This document shows positions 21,201 to 30,047 of a stretch of DNA of 35,761 nucleotides, one piece after another. The stretch is from the NCBI GenBank assembly GCA_046757165.1, contig JBHHXT010000031.1, positions 1 through 35,761 of the forward strand. The letters are read 5' to 3'. How positions within the stretch are numbered: the stretch's first letter is position 1; the number at the start of each line of letters is the position of its first letter. The notes under the pieces are model-generated. The model worked only from the letters and a program-made list of their open reading frames with translations. It searched no databases and had not been told where the DNA came from. Made by a program: the position numbers and the translations under genes. The DNA is from a bacterium (GTDB lineage Bacteria > Zhuqueibacterota > Zhuqueibacteria > Oceanimicrobiales > Oceanimicrobiaceae).

Positions 21201-23033
21201 TCATTCTACGGTCACACTCTTGGCCAGATTACGGGGTTGATCAACATCGCAGCCGCGCTTGATGGCAATGTAATAGGCCAGGAGTTGCAACGGAATAATG
21301 GATAAAATTGGTGTTAAGAAGTCCAGGGTGGGGGGCACATAGATGACATGGTCCGCCCGTTTCTCGATCTCTTCATCCCCTTCAGTTGCAATGGCAATGA
21401 TGCGACCGCTGCGGGCTTTGACTTCTTCGATGTTGGTGCTGATTTTTTCGTAGGTGGAGTCCCGGGTGGCGATAAAGACAACCGGCATATTTTCGTCGAT
21501 CAGCGCAATGGGACCATGTTTCATTTCTGCAGCCGGATAGCCCTCAGCGTGAATGTAAGAAATCTCTTTTAGTTTCAGCGCCCCTTCCAGGGCAACCGGA
21601 AAGTTATAACCGCGGCCAAGATAGAGAAGATTCTGGCTCTGGTGATATTCTTCAGCAATCCTGTTGATTCCCTCATGGTCTTCGAGTATCTTTTTGACTT
21701 TGCCTGGCAACGCTTTCATTTCATTGACGATTTCAGTTCCTCTCGAGGCACCCATGTTGCGCATCCTGGCCAAAAGCAAACTCAGCAAACTCAGCACGGT
21801 GACCTGGGAGGTGAACGCCTTGGTCGAGGCGACCCCAATCTCAGGGCCGGCGTGCAAGTAGACACCGGCGTCGCTCGCCCGCGCGATGGTCGACCCGACG
21901 ACGTTGCAAATGCCGAGCACCTTCGACCCTTTCCGTTTGGCTTCGCGCATAGCGGCCAGCGTGTCCGCAGTCTCACCGGACTGGCTGATCACAAACGTCA
22001 CCGACCCCCGTTCGATCACCGGGTCGCGGTAGCGGAATTCGGATGCATACTCGACTTCAACCGGTGTGCGAACCAGCTCTTCGATCATGTATTCGCCGAT
22101 GAGAGCCGCATGCCAGCTCGTGCCGCAGGCCGAAAACAAGATTTTGGGGGCATAGAGGAGAGAATCGATCTCATGCTGAATGCCGCCCAGCGTCGCGGTG
22201 CCCTCATCGTGAAGAAGTCTGCCGCGCATGGCGTCTTCGATGGTCTGCGGTTGTTCCATGATCTCCTTCAGCATGAAGTGATCATAGCCGCCTTTCTCGA
22301 TCCTTCCCAGGTCAAACGCAATCCTTTCCACCTGCTTATCGACCTCGAGATTGTCGATGGTTTTGATTTTGACCCCTTGCCGCGAGATCACCGCAATCTC
22401 ATTATCATCGAGGTAGGTGACATCTTTGGTGTGATTGATGATGGCTGAAACATCGGAGGCGACCACAAACTCACCCTTGCCCATGCCGACCACCAGGGGA
22501 CTGCCCCGACGCGCCGCGACCAACGTCTCGGGATCATCCAGGGAGAGGACGAGAATGCCAAAGGTGCCCTCGACCTGGCTCAGAGCCGAGCGCACCGCGT
22601 CTTCCAGACAGGTGCCGTTTTGACTGTACTCCGAGATCAGATTCACCAGCGCCTCCGTATCGGTGTCCGTGGCAAACCGGTAGCCGCTATTCTCCAATTT
22701 GGTCTTGATGGTTAGATAGTTTTCGATAATGCCATTGTGAATCAACGCCAGGCGGCCGCGGGTGTCGGTATGAGGATGGGCATTCTTCTTGTTGGGCAAT
22801 CCATGCGTGGCCCATCTCGTGTGCGCAATTCCGAGATGGCCTGAGATGGGATTCTGCACCAGGCACTTCTCCAGTTCCGATATCTTGCCGGGCTGCTTTT
22901 CGAGCACGATGGCGCCGTCACTGAGCACCGCGATACCGGCTGAGTCATAGCCGCGGTACTCGAGTCGTTTCAACCCGTCCATCAGGATGGGCGTTGCGTC
23001 CCTGTTTCCGATGTACCCAACGATGCCGCACAT
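21201..23033 (-). CDS. glmS: Glutamine-fructose-6-phosphate aminotransferase
   Basis: MCGIVG, LEYRGYDSAG, HTRWATHG, SQSGETADT, EGALKLKEISYIHAEG, PRNLAKSVTVE. Confidence 0.98.
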   Translation of the reverse strand: MCGIVGYIGNRDATPILMDGLKRLEYRGYDSAGIAVLSDGAIVLEKQPGKISELEKCLVQNPISGHLGIAHTRWATHGLPNKKNAHPHTDTRGRLALIHNGIIENYLTIKTKLENSGYRFATDTDTEALVNLISEYSQNGTCLEDAVRSALSQVEGTFGILVLSLDDPETLVAARRGSPLVVGMGKGEFVVASDVSAIINHTKDVTYLDDNEIAVISRQGVKIKTIDNLEVDKQVERIAFDLGRIEKGGYDHFMLKEIMEQPQTIEDAMRGRLLHDEGTATLGGIQHEIDSLLYAPKILFSACGTSWHAALIGEYMIEELVRTPVEVEYASEFRYRDPVIERGSVTFVISQSGETADTLAAMREAKRKGSKVLGICNVVGSTIARASDAGVYLHAGPEIGVASTKAFTSQVTVLSLLSLLLARMRNMGASRGTEIVNEMKALPGKVKKILEDHEGINRIAEEYHQSQNLLYLGRGYNFPVALEGALKLKEISYIHAEGYPAAEMKHGPIALIDENMPVVFIATRDSTYEKISTNIEEVKARSGRIIAIATEGDEEIEKRADHVIYVPPTLDFLTPILSIIPLQLLAYYIAIKRGCDVDQPRNLAKSVTVE

Positions 23034-23121
23034 AATCTCTCTCCTTAGATGAGTTGAGGTTGTGGATGGGGTCTCAAGGTCTCAATCACAGCCCACTGAA
23101 CGATATGGAAACGGAGGTGAA

Positions 23122-23150
23122 AACTTAGAAAGAAAAATCCTAAAATGCAA
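23122..23150 (-). promoter_or_regulatory. Sigma70-type promoter for glmS
   Basis: TTGCAT (23150-23145), 17 nt, TAAGTT (23127-23122). Confidence 0.5.
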
Positions 23151-23180
23151 GCGAAATTCCCGTCGCAAATGGCCCCCGGA

Positions 23181-24728
23181 CTACTCCCACTCGATGGTGC
23201 TGGGTGGCTTGGAGCTGATGTCATAAACCACACGATTGACGCCCCGAACTTCGTTGATAATACGATTGGAAACGTGTGCGAGCAGATCATAGGGTATGCG
23301 GGCCCAGTCGGCGGTCATGCCGTCGACGCTCGTCACCGCCCGCAGCGCCACCACATTGTCGTACGTTCTGAAGTCGCCCATGACTCCGACAGACTTCACG
23401 GGGAGCAGCACGGCGAACGCTTGCCAGATTTCGCCATACTGCTGGTGTTTCCGGAGCGCCTCGATGAAAATCGCGTCCACCTCCCGCAAGATGGCGAGGC
23501 GCTCTTCGGTGATCCCGCCCAAAACGCGCACGGCCAGCCCCGGCCCCGGAAACGGGTGGCGCCCGACAATGGCTTCAGAAAGGCCCAGCTCCCGGCCGAC
23601 GTTGCGAACCTCATCCTTGAACAACTCCCGCAGCGGCTCGATGAGCTTCAGATTCATCACCTCCGGCAGGCCACCGACGTTATGGTGCGTCTTGATGGTA
23701 GCGGAGGGACCGTGCGTCGAAACGCTCTCGATGACATCGGGGTAAAGCGTGCCCTGTACCAGGTAGGCAACATCCGCGATCTTTTCTGCTTCCTCCTCGA
23801 ACACCTCAATGAACGTTGCGCCAATGATCTTGCGCTTCTGTTCCGGGTGGCTCACGCCGGCGAGTTTGTCGAGAAACCTTTTCGCCGCATCGACAGCGAT
23901 AAAATTGGAGCGGAAATACTTCGAGAAGGTTGCGCGCACCTGCTGGGTTTCGTTCTTGCGCATCAACCCGTTGTCGACGTAGATACAGGTCAACTGTTCG
24001 CCAACCGCTTCATAGACGAGCGCCGCCGCCACGGCCGAGTCCACGCCCCCGCTCAGGCCGCAGATGACCTGCCCATCTCCCACGCGTTCACGGATTTCAC
24101 TGACGGTGTTTTCGACAAAAGAAGTCGCCGTCCAGGTGCCGCCACAGCCGCAAATCTCGAACAAGAAATTTGCCAGGATTTTTTGTCCCTCGACCGTGTG
24201 CGAGACTTCAGGATGGAACTGGACGCCGTAGAGCTGCTTCTTGCGATTTACCAGCGCCGCAACCGGCAAATTTTCCGTATGGGCAATCGCCTCAAAGCCG
24301 GCCGGCGGCTCGACCAGCGCATCGCCGTGGCTCATCCAGACCCGGGACGTACGCACAACATTCTTGAACAAATCATGCTCATCGTCGACTGTTAGCTCCG
24401 CCAGGCCATACTCCCGCTTGTGGGTCGCAGCGATTTGACCGTCATGAAAATGCGCCATGACTTGCAAACCATAGCAGATGCCCAGAATTGGAATTCCGAG
24501 TTCAAAGATCTCCCCCTCAGGCAAGGGTGCAGACTCGACATAGACCGACTCCGGACCGCCGGAAAGGATCACGCCTTTCGGCTTCAGAGCCTGCACTTCC
24601 GCGCGCGAAATATTGAAAGGCTTGATCTCAGAATAGACCCCGAGCTCGCGTACCCGCCGTGTGATGAGCTGCGTGTATTGCGAACCGAAGTCAAGAATGA
24701 GAACCAGTTCTTCCGGGCGTGATCGCAT
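23181..24728 (-). CDS. guaA: GMP synthase (glutamine-hydrolysing)
   Basis: [53 protein letters not shown]. Confidence 0.98.
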   Translation of the reverse strand: MRSRPEELVLILDFGSQYTQLITRRVRELGVYSEIKPFNISRAEVQALKPKGVILSGGPESVYVESAPLPEGEIFELGIPILGICYGLQVMAHFHDGQIAATHKREYGLAELTVDDEHDLFKNVVRTSRVWMSHGDALVEPPAGFEAIAHTENLPVAALVNRKKQLYGVQFHPEVSHTVEGQKILANFLFEICGCGGTWTATSFVENTVSEIRERVGDGQVICGLSGGVDSAVAAALVYEAVGEQLTCIYVDNGLMRKNETQQVRATFSKYFRSNFIAVDAAKRFLDKLAGVSHPEQKRKIIGATFIEVFEEEAEKIADVAYLVQGTLYPDVIESVSTHGPSATIKTHHNVGGLPEVMNLKLIEPLRELFKDEVRNVGRELGLSEAIVGRHPFPGPGLAVRVLGGITEERLAILREVDAIFIEALRKHQQYGEIWQAFAVLLPVKSVGVMGDFRTYDNVVALRAVTSVDGMTADWARIPYDLLAHVSNRIINEVRGVNRVVYDISSKPPSTIEWE

Positions 24729-24737
24729 GAGATTCTG

Positions 24738-25514
24738 CTAAGGGGTGATATTCCAGGTTTTCAGCTCGTCGAGATAAGGGTAGTTGGTCAAGTCGTAGTG
24801 CAGGGGCGTGATGGAAACCCTGTTGTTCCTGATGGCAAAATCGTCTACTTCCAGGTCTTGCTCGCATTCCACTTTCTTGCCGGTCAGCCAGTAGTAGACG
24901 CGGTTGGCCGGATCCACGCGTTTGTCATATCTTTCCAGATACGTCGTCTGGCTTTGCCGCGTGATTTGCACCCCCACAATCTCCTCCTCCCGCAGCGCCG
25001 GCACATTGACGTTCAGCAGGGTTCCGCGCGGCAAGCCATGTTCCAGGACAAGACCGGCCAGTTTCCGGGCAAACCCGGCAGCGTAGTCGAAGTCAGGATC
25101 GGTGTACGTGGTCAACGAAACAGCAAAAGAAGGGATATCCAGAATCGTGCCCTCGGTGGCGGCCGAAACCGTGCCGGAATAGATCGCATTGATGCCGGAG
25201 TTCGACCCGAGGTTTATTCCGGAAACCACCAGGTCAGGCTTCTCTTTCAAAAGGGCCCAATACGCGATCTTCACGCAATCGGCTGGCGTGCCGTTGACCG
25301 CGTAGCCAAAGAACTTGCCATTTTTCTCATAATCCCAGACACGCAACGGGTCGGAGAGCGTAATGGCGTGTCCGACAGCACTCTTCTCGCTGTCGGGCGC
25401 CACGACCGTAATTTCACCCATTGCCTCCAGCTCCCGGTGCAGCGCCGCCAGACCGGGTGCATTGATCCCGTCGTCGTTGCTCAGGAGAATCTTTGGCTTG
25501 TTTTTGAACATCAT
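24738..25514 (-). CDS. surE: 5'/3'-nucleotidase SurE
   Basis: ILLSNDDG, GTPADCV, SGINLGSNSG, YSGTVSAA, VSITPL. Confidence 0.96.
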   Translation of the reverse strand: MMFKNKPKILLSNDDGINAPGLAALHRELEAMGEITVVAPDSEKSAVGHAITLSDPLRVWDYEKNGKFFGYAVNGTPADCVKIAYWALLKEKPDLVVSGINLGSNSGINAIYSGTVSAATEGTILDIPSFAVSLTTYTDPDFDYAAGFARKLAGLVLEHGLPRGTLLNVNVPALREEEIVGVQITRQSQTTYLERYDKRVDPANRVYYWLTGKKVECEQDLEVDDFAIRNNRVSITPLHYDLTNYPYLDELKTWNITP

Positions 25515-26464
25515 TAGTTTTTGGCGGCCTCATCGTCAAATGTGTCCGGGCTGGACCGATGGACGTTGACGAGACGCTGCAGGCTTTCAGCTTCCAGCTC
25601 GCCATTGCTGGAGTTTTCATCCATGGGTGTGTCGGTTGCGAACTCGAGGATGTCACGCAGCTTTTCTTTTATCTCGTAACGGCTCACAACCGCATCCACG
25701 AAGCCGTGGTGCAACTGAAATTCTGAACGCTGGAACCCATCGGGCAGATCCTGTCCGATGGTTTGTTTGATGACTCTTGGCCCGGCAAAGCCGATGAGCG
25801 CGCCCGGTTCAGCGAGGATGATATCGCCCAGCATGGCGTAGCTGGCCGTGACCCCGCCGGTGGTCGGATCTGTGATGATCGAGATGTAGGGCAGGCCAGC
25901 GTCGGCAAGCCGGGCAAGCCGGGCCGAAGTCTTCGCCATCTGCATGAGCGAAATGGCCCCCTCCATCATGCGCGCGCCCCCGGAAGCCGAGACGATGATG
26001 ACGGGCAGATGACGTTTCAAGGCCTCATCAATTGCGCGGACGATTTTTTCGCCCACCACCGAGCCCATGCTGCCCCCGATAAATGAAAAATCCATCACGC
26101 ACAAGACCACCTCGTGACCATAAATCTTCCCGAACCCTGTGCGAATGGCGGATTTGTGGCCCGTCTTCTTGACGGCCGTCTTGATTTGGTCCGAATATTT
26201 CTTGGAGGCCTTGAATTTCAAGAAATCGACCGAGCATACGTCGAGGTTGAATTCATCGAACTGGCCGTTGTCCAGCAATTGCGCGATGTAGTCGGAGCTC
26301 TGGACGCGGAAGTGAAAACCGCACTTGCTGCACACATGAAAATTCTTATCCAACTCGCGTTTGTAGATAATTTCAGTGCAGCCTTCACACTTGATCCACA
26401 GCTCCGGCATTTCCTTTTTCTTCTGAGGCTTGAGCCCTTCTTTCGCCCGCTTGAACCAATCCAT
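25514..26464 (-). CDS. accD: Acetyl-CoA carboxylase carboxyltransferase beta subunit
   Basis: Zinc finger CEGC..CSKC, GGSMGSVVGEK, SGGARMMEG, PTTGGVTAS, GFAGPRVI. Confidence 0.96.
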   Translation of the reverse strand: MDWFKRAKEGLKPQKKKEMPELWIKCEGCTEIIYKRELDKNFHVCSKCGFHFRVQSSDYIAQLLDNGQFDEFNLDVCSVDFLKFKASKKYSDQIKTAVKKTGHKSAIRTGFGKIYGHEVVLCVMDFSFIGGSMGSVVGEKIVRAIDEALKRHLPVIIVSASGGARMMEGAISLMQMAKTSARLARLADAGLPYISIITDPTTGGVTASYAMLGDIILAEPGALIGFAGPRVIKQTIGQDLPDGFQRSEFQLHHGFVDAVVSRYEIKEKLRDILEFATDTPMDENSSNGELEAESLQRLVNVHRSSPDTFDDEAAKN

Positions 26465-26467
26465 CGC

Positions 26468-26941
26468 TTATCTCTCCTGCAATGACAAACTCATCAGAAT
26501 CGCGTCATCATTTACATGGGAATAGTAATTCTTTCTCACACCATCTTCCTGAAACCCATGCTTCAAATAAAGACTGCGTGCCGCGCGATTTTCGGCACGC
26601 ACTTCCAAATAGATGTCACAGATATTCTTTTGCAGAATATCTGAAATAATATACCCTAACAAATAGCTGCCGACGTTCTGCCGGCGGTATCGTCTGTCCA
26701 CGGCAAAATTTGCCAGATGTGCTTCCAGGTCAAAATACCAGCAAACGGAATAACCGATGATTTCACCGTTGTTCAAAACAACATGTGAAAAAGAATAGTT
26801 GTTACGCAAGATCTCATGAGCAAAATTATTGCGCGACCATGGGTCCGCGAAGGAGTCACTCGCCAGCTCCAGCACTCGGTCCAGATCCGTCATTTTCATC
26901 GCACGGATCTGTAAGTTCGGCATCTTTGGCGGATTCTGCAT
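26468..26941 (-). CDS. rimI: Ribosomal-protein-alanine N-acetyltransferase
   Basis: DPWS, AHLANFAV, RRQNVG, LEVRAEN, LYLKHGF, RKNYY, DDAILM; follows tsaB. Start uncertain (ATG 26941 or 26923). Confidence 0.88.
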   Translation of the reverse strand: MQNPPKMPNLQIRAMKMTDLDRVLELASDSFADPWSRNNFAHEILRNNYSFSHVVLNNGEIIGYSVCWYFDLEAHLANFAVDRRYRRQNVGSYLLGYIISDILQKNICDIYLEVRAENRAARSLYLKHGFQEDGVRKNYYSHVNDDAILMSLSLQER

Positions 26942-26954
26942 GGGGGATCCGCCT

Positions 26955-27641
26955 TCACGCGCGCCGGTCGACATCATCTCGTTTTTTCCCGGGATCAAAG
27001 GTTTTCAGGTAAAACGGCTCGAGCGTGTCGGCCGCTTCTGTTTCCCCTGTCCTGATTTTCGCAACAGCTAACTGAGCAATCTGCAGAGGCATCGCCAGAG
27101 ATGAAGGATAGGGCACCGCTACCATTTTCTCACTCGTGATGCGCTCCAAAAGCGACGGCGGATTCGCCACGACCAGCGTTCCGCCCTCGAACAAGCTCCC
27201 GCCGACATCATCGAGTGCCACAATGGCGTAATCCGAGACGCGCTTGCCGCCACCTGCCCCATCGTAGAACGCAGCATAGACTTCATTCTCTCGTGCCTTG
27301 ATGACCGCACAAATCGACCCTTGCCAGGGGGTCACCCCGGAGGCGAGCGCATCCAGTGTATTTACCGCCGCGATAGGGCGGCTTAGCGCGAAGGCCAACC
27401 CTTTGGCGACCGCCAGACCGATGCGCAACCCCGTGAATGAGCCCGGGCCGATGGAGACCCCGAGTCCGTCGATTTCTTCAAGTTGCCAATTCGCAGCACC
27501 CGTCAACATCTGAATCACCTGCACGAGTTTTTCATTGTGCATGTTTTTCATGTTCAACCGGTATTCCGCCACGAGAGCGGGACCGTCTGTGAGCGCAACG
27601 CCACAGAGTTCCGTGGCCGTTTCAATGGCAACGAGCTTCAT
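26955..27641 (-). CDS. tsaB: tRNA threonylcarbamoyladenosine biosynthesis protein TsaB
   Basis: VAIETAT, SIGPGSFTGLRIG, LEPFYL; ATGA overlap with tsaE. Confidence 0.93.
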   Translation of the reverse strand: MKLVAIETATELCGVALTDGPALVAEYRLNMKNMHNEKLVQVIQMLTGAANWQLEEIDGLGVSIGPGSFTGLRIGLAVAKGLAFALSRPIAAVNTLDALASGVTPWQGSICAVIKARENEVYAAFYDGAGGGKRVSDYAIVALDDVGGSLFEGGTLVVANPPSLLERITSEKMVAVPYPSSLAMPLQIAQLAVAKIRTGETEAADTLEPFYLKTFDPGKKRDDVDRRA

Positions 27642-28111
27642 GGCGTAACGATTCGAATCTCCCGGCTGTCCTCATGGCCAGCACGAAACAGATGGTGCAA
27701 ATACACTTCATATCGCCTTTGTGGCAGGAGTTCGACAATCTTTTCGGCCCACTCAATCAGGCAGACCCCCTCACCCGAGAAATACTCGTCGCATCCAAGC
27801 TCGAGCGCTTCCTCCACACCGGCGATTCGATAAAAATCGAAGTGGTAGATCGGAATCCCGGCGGCATACTCATTGATGAGCGTGAAAGTGGGGCTGCTCG
27901 GCGCTTCGATGCACTCCAGGCCCTGGCATACGCCGGTGATAAAAGTCGATTTGCCGCTGCCCAGCTCGCCGAAGAAAGCCACCACATCGCCCGCTTGTAA
28001 ATGGGCTGCCAAAGTCTGCCCGAGACCGATGGTTTCTTCTGAACTTTTCGAAAGAACACGCCGTTCCGTGCCTGACTCTTTCTCGGCAACCGGTAAGCCT
28101 GGGACGACCAC
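27638..28111 (-). CDS. tsaE: tRNA threonylcarbamoyladenosine biosynthesis ATPase TsaE
   Basis: GELGSGKST, SPTFTLINEY, HFDFYR, LIEWAE. Confidence 0.95.
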   Translation of the reverse strand: MVVPGLPVAEKESGTERRVLSKSSEETIGLGQTLAAHLQAGDVVAFFGELGSGKSTFITGVCQGLECIEAPSSPTFTLINEYAAGIPIYHFDFYRIAGVEEALELGCDEYFSGEGVCLIEWAEKIVELLPQRRYEVYLHHLFRAGHEDSREIRIVTP

Positions 28112-28124
28112 AAGCCCCGCCTCC

Positions 28125-29690
28125 TCAACGGCCCTTCGGGTGCAAAGTCACCACCGGCAGGATCATCTCCTCCATGGAAACGCCGCCGTGCTGCAAACTA
28201 TCTCGATAATAATTCAAGTAATGATGATAGTTGGTCGGATAGACGAAATAGTAATCTTCCTTTGCAATGAGATAGTTCGAATTCAACCCAAGAGAGGGCA
28301 ACTTGTAACTGCCCGGGTCCTTGACAATGATCGCATGTTTCGTATCGACCTTCAAGCTCTTGCCGTACTTGTAGCGCAAATTGGTCGAGGTATTACGGTC
28401 ACCGATCACTTTTGCGCCACGCATGCCGCGCACACTGCCATGGTCGGTGGTCAGGACCACCATGCAGTCGCGTTGCGCCAGTTCCTTCAACATTTGAAAG
28501 ACATGTGAGTGTTCAAACCACGATTTGGTGAGAGAACGGTACGCTGCCTCATCGGGGGTGATCTCGCGCAGGACCTCGGAATCACTACGGCTGTGCGCGA
28601 GAATATCGACAAAATTGACCACGATCGCGACCAACGGAACGCTCGAGAACGTGGCGATCCTCTTGGTTACGCTGCGGGCCTCATACGCATCCAGAATCTT
28701 GATGTATTTGGCCTCGGGCTTCAGCTCGACTCCCACGTGTTCTAACTGTTTGATCAGCAGGTCGTGCTCATACCGGTTGAGGCTGTGCTCATCGTCGGTG
28801 CCCTGCTGCCAGAATTCGGGAAAGCGCTCACGTATTTCGCTCGGGAATAGCCCGCTGAAAATCGCATTGCGTGAAAACGGCGTGGCCGTGGGCAATATCG
28901 AGTAATAGTACTCTTTTTGCACCTCAAAATAGGGATAGAGTAGGGGTTCGAGGGTCAGGAACTGGTCCAGGCGCAGATTGTCCAGGACCAGGAATACGAG
29001 ATTGCGCTGCTGGTGCAGATGCGGCACAACACACTTCTGCACCAGATCGACAGAAAGTGTTGGCGAACCTTTGCGGTCGTTGACCCAGAATGGATAGTTG
29101 TTCTCAATAAACTTCGCGAACTCGACATTGCACTCTCGTCCCTGGTCATGCAGTGTCTGTTTGAGGCCAAGCTCGCTGTGCTGGTCGGTTTCGACTCCCC
29201 ACTCACTCAGCCGGCAATAAATGGTGATCCAGTCCTGCCACGTCAGCGGGCCAGCGAGCATCCGGGTTATCTCGTTGAACTGCGAAATGTAATCGCGCGA
29301 AATGCGCTCACCGGTGATCTTGGTGCTCTCCAGAATTTTCTTACACGTTAGCAGAATCTGGCTCGGATTGACCGGCTTGGTCAGGTAGTCATCTATCTTG
29401 CTGCCGATCGCATCCTCCATGAGCGACTCCTCCTCGCTCTTGGTCACCATCACGACCGGCAGGGACGGATGCTCATCCTTTATCTCCCCGAGCGCTGTCA
29501 AGCCATCTTTGCCGTGCAGCATCTCGTCGAGCAACACCATATCGAAACTCTCCTGGCGCAGCAAGGTGATGGCGTCCTCTGCGTTGGTGACCGGCCGAAC
29601 GTCATAGCCGCGCTCCTGCACAAACATTATATGCGAGCGCAGCAGTTCTATCTCGTCATCTACCCAGAGAATCTTTCCTTTTGGCGTCAT
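28125..29690 (-). CDS. porX: PorX-like response regulator (receiver plus PglZ alkaline-phosphatase-like domain)
   Basis: ILWVDDE, LLDEML, MVTKSEEE, YLTKPVNPSQI; PglZ motifs LDNLRLDQ, ILPTATPFSRNAIFSG, NFVDILAH, TTDHG, QHGGVSMEE; adjacent to tsaE. Confidence 0.85.
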   Translation of the reverse strand: MTPKGKILWVDDEIELLRSHIMFVQERGYDVRPVTNAEDAITLLRQESFDMVLLDEMLHGKDGLTALGEIKDEHPSLPVVMVTKSEEESLMEDAIGSKIDDYLTKPVNPSQILLTCKKILESTKITGERISRDYISQFNEITRMLAGPLTWQDWITIYCRLSEWGVETDQHSELGLKQTLHDQGRECNVEFAKFIENNYPFWVNDRKGSPTLSVDLVQKCVVPHLHQQRNLVFLVLDNLRLDQFLTLEPLLYPYFEVQKEYYYSILPTATPFSRNAIFSGLFPSEIRERFPEFWQQGTDDEHSLNRYEHDLLIKQLEHVGVELKPEAKYIKILDAYEARSVTKRIATFSSVPLVAIVVNFVDILAHSRSDSEVLREITPDEAAYRSLTKSWFEHSHVFQMLKELAQRDCMVVLTTDHGSVRGMRGAKVIGDRNTSTNLRYKYGKSLKVDTKHAIIVKDPGSYKLPSLGLNSNYLIAKEDYYFVYPTNYHHYLNYYRDSLQHGGVSMEEMILPVVTLHPKGR

Positions 29691-29725
29691 GGATGTAGTC
29701 CAGTTAGGTGAAAGCGTTAAATTTC

Positions 29726-29754
29726 AAGATAGCGAATTTTGCCGCGTTTGTCAA
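29726..29754 (-). promoter_or_regulatory. Sigma70 promoter for the porX-tsaE-tsaB-rimI-accD-surE-guaA cluster
   Basis: Perfect TTGACA (29754-29749), 17 nt, TATCTT (29731-29726). Confidence 0.7.
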
Positions 29755-29819
29755 CCGGCAATTTCAGCAGAATTGCAGGTCCCCTATCTTTTGAGAGACA
29801 GTTACTTCAGGCCGGATTC

Positions 29820-29840
29820 AACACGGTTTGCAACCGTGTT
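29820..29840. repeat. Perfect 9-bp hairpin with 3-nt loop (terminator- or REP-like)
   Basis: AACACGGTT-TGC-AACCGTGTT, followed by TTT on the plus strand. Confidence 0.55.
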
Positions 29841-29862
29841 TTTGGTACAAGCCGAGAGGGTT

Positions 29863-29920
29863 GGGGCTGTCCCAAAAGTCAGAAACGAGCCACGATTTGT
29901 CAGTCCTGCGAAACAGCCCC
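29863..29920. mobile_element. Possible 58-bp MITE/IS-end remnant
   Basis: Terminal inverted repeats GGGGCTGT (29863-29870)/ACAGCCCC (29913-29920); the left end GGGGCTGTCCCAAAAGTC looks like an IS terminus. Confidence 0.35.
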
Positions 29921-30047
29921 GACGAGCACGCTTTCTCCATGCTAGAACTACGCAAACGAAGAAGGGAGGAAAGCTGAAAGGATAGAGAAGAAGCACTTGT
30001 GATTGTGCAAGAAGCGCGGGTGCGTAGAAGGCTGGCGCTCTCTGGCT

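Noticed and set aside
23034..23180. glmS ribozyme upstream of glmS
   Set aside because: The leader after the predicted promoter is only about 80 nt and lacks the AGCGCC/GACGAGG core of the ribozyme.
23145..24395. 416-aa plus-strand ORF, and similar long antisense ORFs (6942-8045, 8065-8880, 19532-20458, 33989-34858)
   Set aside because: Shadow frames opposite well-conserved genes in GC-rich DNA, with no recognisable motifs.
25514..25640. Acidic C-terminal extension of AccD as a novel domain
   Set aside because: Short low-complexity tail; variable AccD tails are common.
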